A stretch of DNA of 64,000 bases from Paraphysomonas bandaiensis (lineage: Eukaryota > Protista > Chrysophyceae). Below, one piece after another: positions 61,301-64,000 of this stretch; the stretch's first letter is position 1, and each line of letters starts with the position of its first letter. The stretch spans positions 34,507 through 98,506 of the forward strand of contig CBFFRP010000439.1 in assembly GCA_965644295.1 (NCBI GenBank). The letters run 5' to 3'. The position numbers and the translations under genes were made by a program. The notes under the pieces were generated by a model, which was not told the origin of the DNA, did no database searches, and was given only the letters and a program-made list of their open reading frames with translations.

Positions 61301-62049
61301 AACAGCTTATAGTAGATAACTTCCCATATCGGCCGCTGATAGGTGCATTACTATATCTATCGATGAACACGAGGCCGGATATTGCCTATGCAGTGGGAGT
61401 ACTGTCTCGGTTCAGTAATAAGGTGAATATTGAAGTATGCAAGCTATTAACACATGTATGGCAATATATTCGTGGTTCTATTGACAAAGGGATTCAATAT
61501 GGGAGTAGACGGTTCGACTTCCATATGTTTACTGACGCGGATTGGGCGGGAGATCAGCTCTCCAGGAAGTCCACGTCGGGGTACGTTGGGTTTGCAGCGG
61601 GAGGGCCTATAGTCTGGCAGTCCAAACTGCAGACGACAGTGGCAACGTCAAGCATGCAGTCTGAGTATCAGTGTATTTACTCGGGTCTCCAAGAAGTGCT
61701 ATGGGTTCGGGGGGTGACGGGTGAGATTAAGTTGAGGCTCATCAAACCCACACCATTCTTCATCGACAGTCAGAGTGCCCAGGATTTGGCCGAAAACCCA
61801 GTGTTTCACAAGAAGTCGAAGCACATTGAGATTAAGTATCACATGGTGAGAGAGCACGTGGATCCCAATCAGTTCAATACGATTAAGTTAGTGCATGTGC
61901 ATACATCGCAACAAGCAGCAGATATTTATACAAAGTCATTGGTTGGTTTATCATATATGGAGCAGAGAAAGAGAAATCTTGGAGAGAAAGTTAAGAGTTC
62001 CACTGAAGTGATTAATGAGGGACCAAGGGATAAAAGAAGGCGCAAGTAG
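58381..62049 (+). CDS. Copia B Pol (PR-IN-RT-RH), +1 frame relative to gag, with further frameshifts near 59585 and 60005-60030
   Basis: YLDSCAS; LHERTGH...CKWC; VTADI/HADGGSE/PELNAVSER; YKARLVA, QLDVSNAF, SLYGL, YVDD; FTDADWAG, KHIEIKYH. Confidence 0.9.
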
Positions 62050-62636
62050 GTACTGAGTTTTTTAGACAGAGGTTTAGACTTAGAGATGAGTCTATTTTAC
62101 TGTCAAGAATTTTTTTATCTCAGGCATTCAATAGCTGGGAGGCGTCATAGTACAACACTCAATTGAGGGGGAGTGTTGAGATCTGAAGATTCTATATACT
62201 TGCAATTGAGTGCAGTATTATGTGAGATGCAAGGATCGAAAGATATATATGTAATTAGTACATTATATTGTGTAGTATGAAACTGAAGTAGAAGTGGGTG
62301 ACTATACAGGATACGATCACTGAGTGTGTGGTTTGTAGACTATAGTAGTAAATGAATGGTGTTGAACACATCGAACACAATTTAGGTTCTTTATCATGTA
62401 ATGTTTATAATTTCATCTTATCAGTTGAGAATAGTAAACCTTAGCAAAAAATGTCAACTTCTGTTAGATAGCATGATATTATTGCATGTGTGGGTGCATT
62501 GTCCCGAAAGTTGTCTGTGCAGGACATCCTTAATCAAACAGCTCATGAAGCAATCTCCAGCGTCCAGTGAGGATCGTATCTTTGCAAGAAGAAATGTCTA
62601 CAAACGGATTGACTACGATAACGGATGTGTCTAGAC

Positions 62637-64000
62637 TGTTGAGATCTGAAGATTCTATATACTTGCAATTGAGTGCAGTATTATGTGAGATGCAAGGATC
62701 GAAAGATATATATGTAATTAGTACATTATATTGTGTAGTATGAAACTGAAGTAGAAGTGGGTGACTATACAGGATACGATCACTGAGTGTGTGGTTTGTA
62801 GACTATAGTAGTAAATGAATGGTGTTGAACACATCGAACACAACTTAGGTTCTTTATCATGTAATGTTTATAATTTCATCTTATCAGTTGAGAATAGTAA
62901 ACCTTAGCAAATAATGTCAACTTCTGTTATGGTAGCGGATGGTAGTTGTAGGGATGGGGAAGATGACAAGAAGCTACGGTTTGACAAGAACCAAGCAGAC
63001 TATTCAGCGAGAAAAATCAAGATGCATCTAATGAAGAAAAACCGAAACCATCTTGGCTTGGAGGGCCCGCCAGCCGGAGGAAGGAATTTAGAGTCATGGA
63101 GAGAGCGTAATGATACCTGTGTTAGTACTATTTGGGAGGCTTGCGAGCATGACCCTGATGTGTTGGAGGTAGCCAATCAATATTTGGAGGGGAAGGCAAT
63201 TTTACCTGCTGATGATCCTGCTAAGGAGGTGTTATCCAGTGAGCTCCTTCAGACACTGGTTGATAGGTTCAGAGGCGAGATTGGGACTGTATTGGAGAAG
63301 ACTACGGCAGAATACCATTCGTTCAAAATAAGGCCGGGGGAAAAGGTGTCTGTTGGGGTAGATCGACTGAACGGTATAATCCAGAAGCTCATAAAATTGG
63401 GACAACCGCAGACAGAGGCAAGTAAATTAGCAAAGATAAAAGCAGCGCTGCAGATAGAGGAATTACATGATTTATGGATGTCGGTAGCGATGATGCCTAA
63501 AGCAACAACTACATTTGATTCGGTGAAAGAGGCTTGTGAAGAGTATGACGAGGCTATGACGCAGCTGAAGAAACTAAAGGGAGACAAGTCTGAAGAGATC
63601 AATTTTACAGCGTCGAAGGAGCCAGTGGTTTGTTCATTTTGTCGGAAGAAGGGACATGTAGCAGCGAATTGTTATGCTAAGGAACGACAAAGAAAAATGG
63701 ATAAGTTCAAAAGAAAAGGGAAGACAAAGGAAAAGGCTTCGAAGAGTGTGCAGCAGCCAGGATCAAAGGATTATACTGGTTGTCATATCTGTGGAGATTT
63801 TAGTCACAAAGCCCGACAGTGCAAGTCGAAAAAACGGAAGAACATAAAAAAACCCGGATAATGAGAATCCTCGAAAATCGAACAGGAAATTCGAGACAGA
63901 ATGGAAGAAATACGTCAACGACGGAGAGTCGTCGGATGATGAAGCGAATATGTTTGGAGAAGAGGTTTTGCTATCGGTGGATACGTCGGAAGAACCTCGT
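62637..64000 (+). mobile_element. Copia B copy 2, truncated by the window end (5' LTR 62637-62929, PBS, gag, start of pol)
   Basis: Near-identical to copy 1 (one LTR and three gag substitutions seen); candidate TSD TAGAC at 62632-62636. Confidence 0.95.
62914..63861 (+). CDS. Copia B copy 2 Gag
   Basis: Protein identical to 57447-58394. Confidence 0.88.
   Translation: MSTSVMVADGSCRDGEDDKKLRFDKNQADYSARKIKMHLMKKNRNHLGLEGPPAGGRNLESWRERNDTCVSTIWEACEHDPDVLEVANQYLEGKAILPADDPAKEVLSSELLQTLVDRFRGEIGTVLEKTTAEYHSFKIRPGEKVSVGVDRLNGIIQKLIKLGQPQTEASKLAKIKAALQIEELHDLWMSVAMMPKATTTFDSVKEACEEYDEAMTQLKKLKGDKSEEINFTASKEPVVCSFCRKKGHVAANCYAKERQRKMDKFKRKGKTKEKASKSVQQPGSKDYTGCHICGDFSHKARQCKSKKRKNIKKPG

Larger units (their letters stand above)
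57170..62466 (+). mobile_element. Full-length Ty1/copia LTR retrotransposon (family B, copy 1)
   Basis: 293-bp LTRs 57170-57462 and 62174-62466 (one mismatch seen), TGTTG...TGTTA; TSD GATAG at 57165-57169 and 62467-62471; PPT TTGAGGGGGAG at 62163-62173. Confidence 0.97.

Overview
Eukaryotic nuclear DNA with short (~50 bp) GT-AG introns; it looks like a unicellular stramenopile or similar protist (inference only). About 13 host genes, mostly in head-to-head pairs: DTW-domain protein, a secreted HTKG/SGNFWW glycosyltransferase-like protein, a small hypothetical gene, a PHTF-like membrane protein, an NCKX-type exchanger with an inserted PH domain, UBE2K, PFAS, a kinesin-3-like motor with PH, a bZIP, a sulfotransferase-like protein, a SEC14/CRAL-TRIO protein, a U-box plus dynamin-like GTPase fusion, RBM25 and a divergent IF2-like GTPase. 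Mobile DNA: an intact Ty1/copia element (243-5421, LTRs identical by eye, TA...TA termini, CAGAA TSD); two adjacent copies of a second copia family (57170-62466 with GATAG TSD, and 62637 to the window end); a 3.5-kb DD34E IS630-Tc1 transposon with 198-bp perfect TIRs carrying a second, unknown intron-containing gene and inserted at a TA in a (TATG)n microsatellite; hAT-like MITEs; and an unclassified ~440-bp interspersed repeat. Best candidates for something new: (1) the two-gene Tc1-like element in which each identical TIR points directly at a start codon; (2) two divergent copia families whose gag ATG is made of the last LTR base plus the PBS and which share an unannotated post-integrase module; (3) simple repeats rich in purine/pyrimidine alternation at gene 5' ends; (4) the U-box-dynamin and NCKX-PH fusions and the IF2 paralogue lacking its catalytic His and domain IV. 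All homology calls are from motif recognition by eye; no searches were run.
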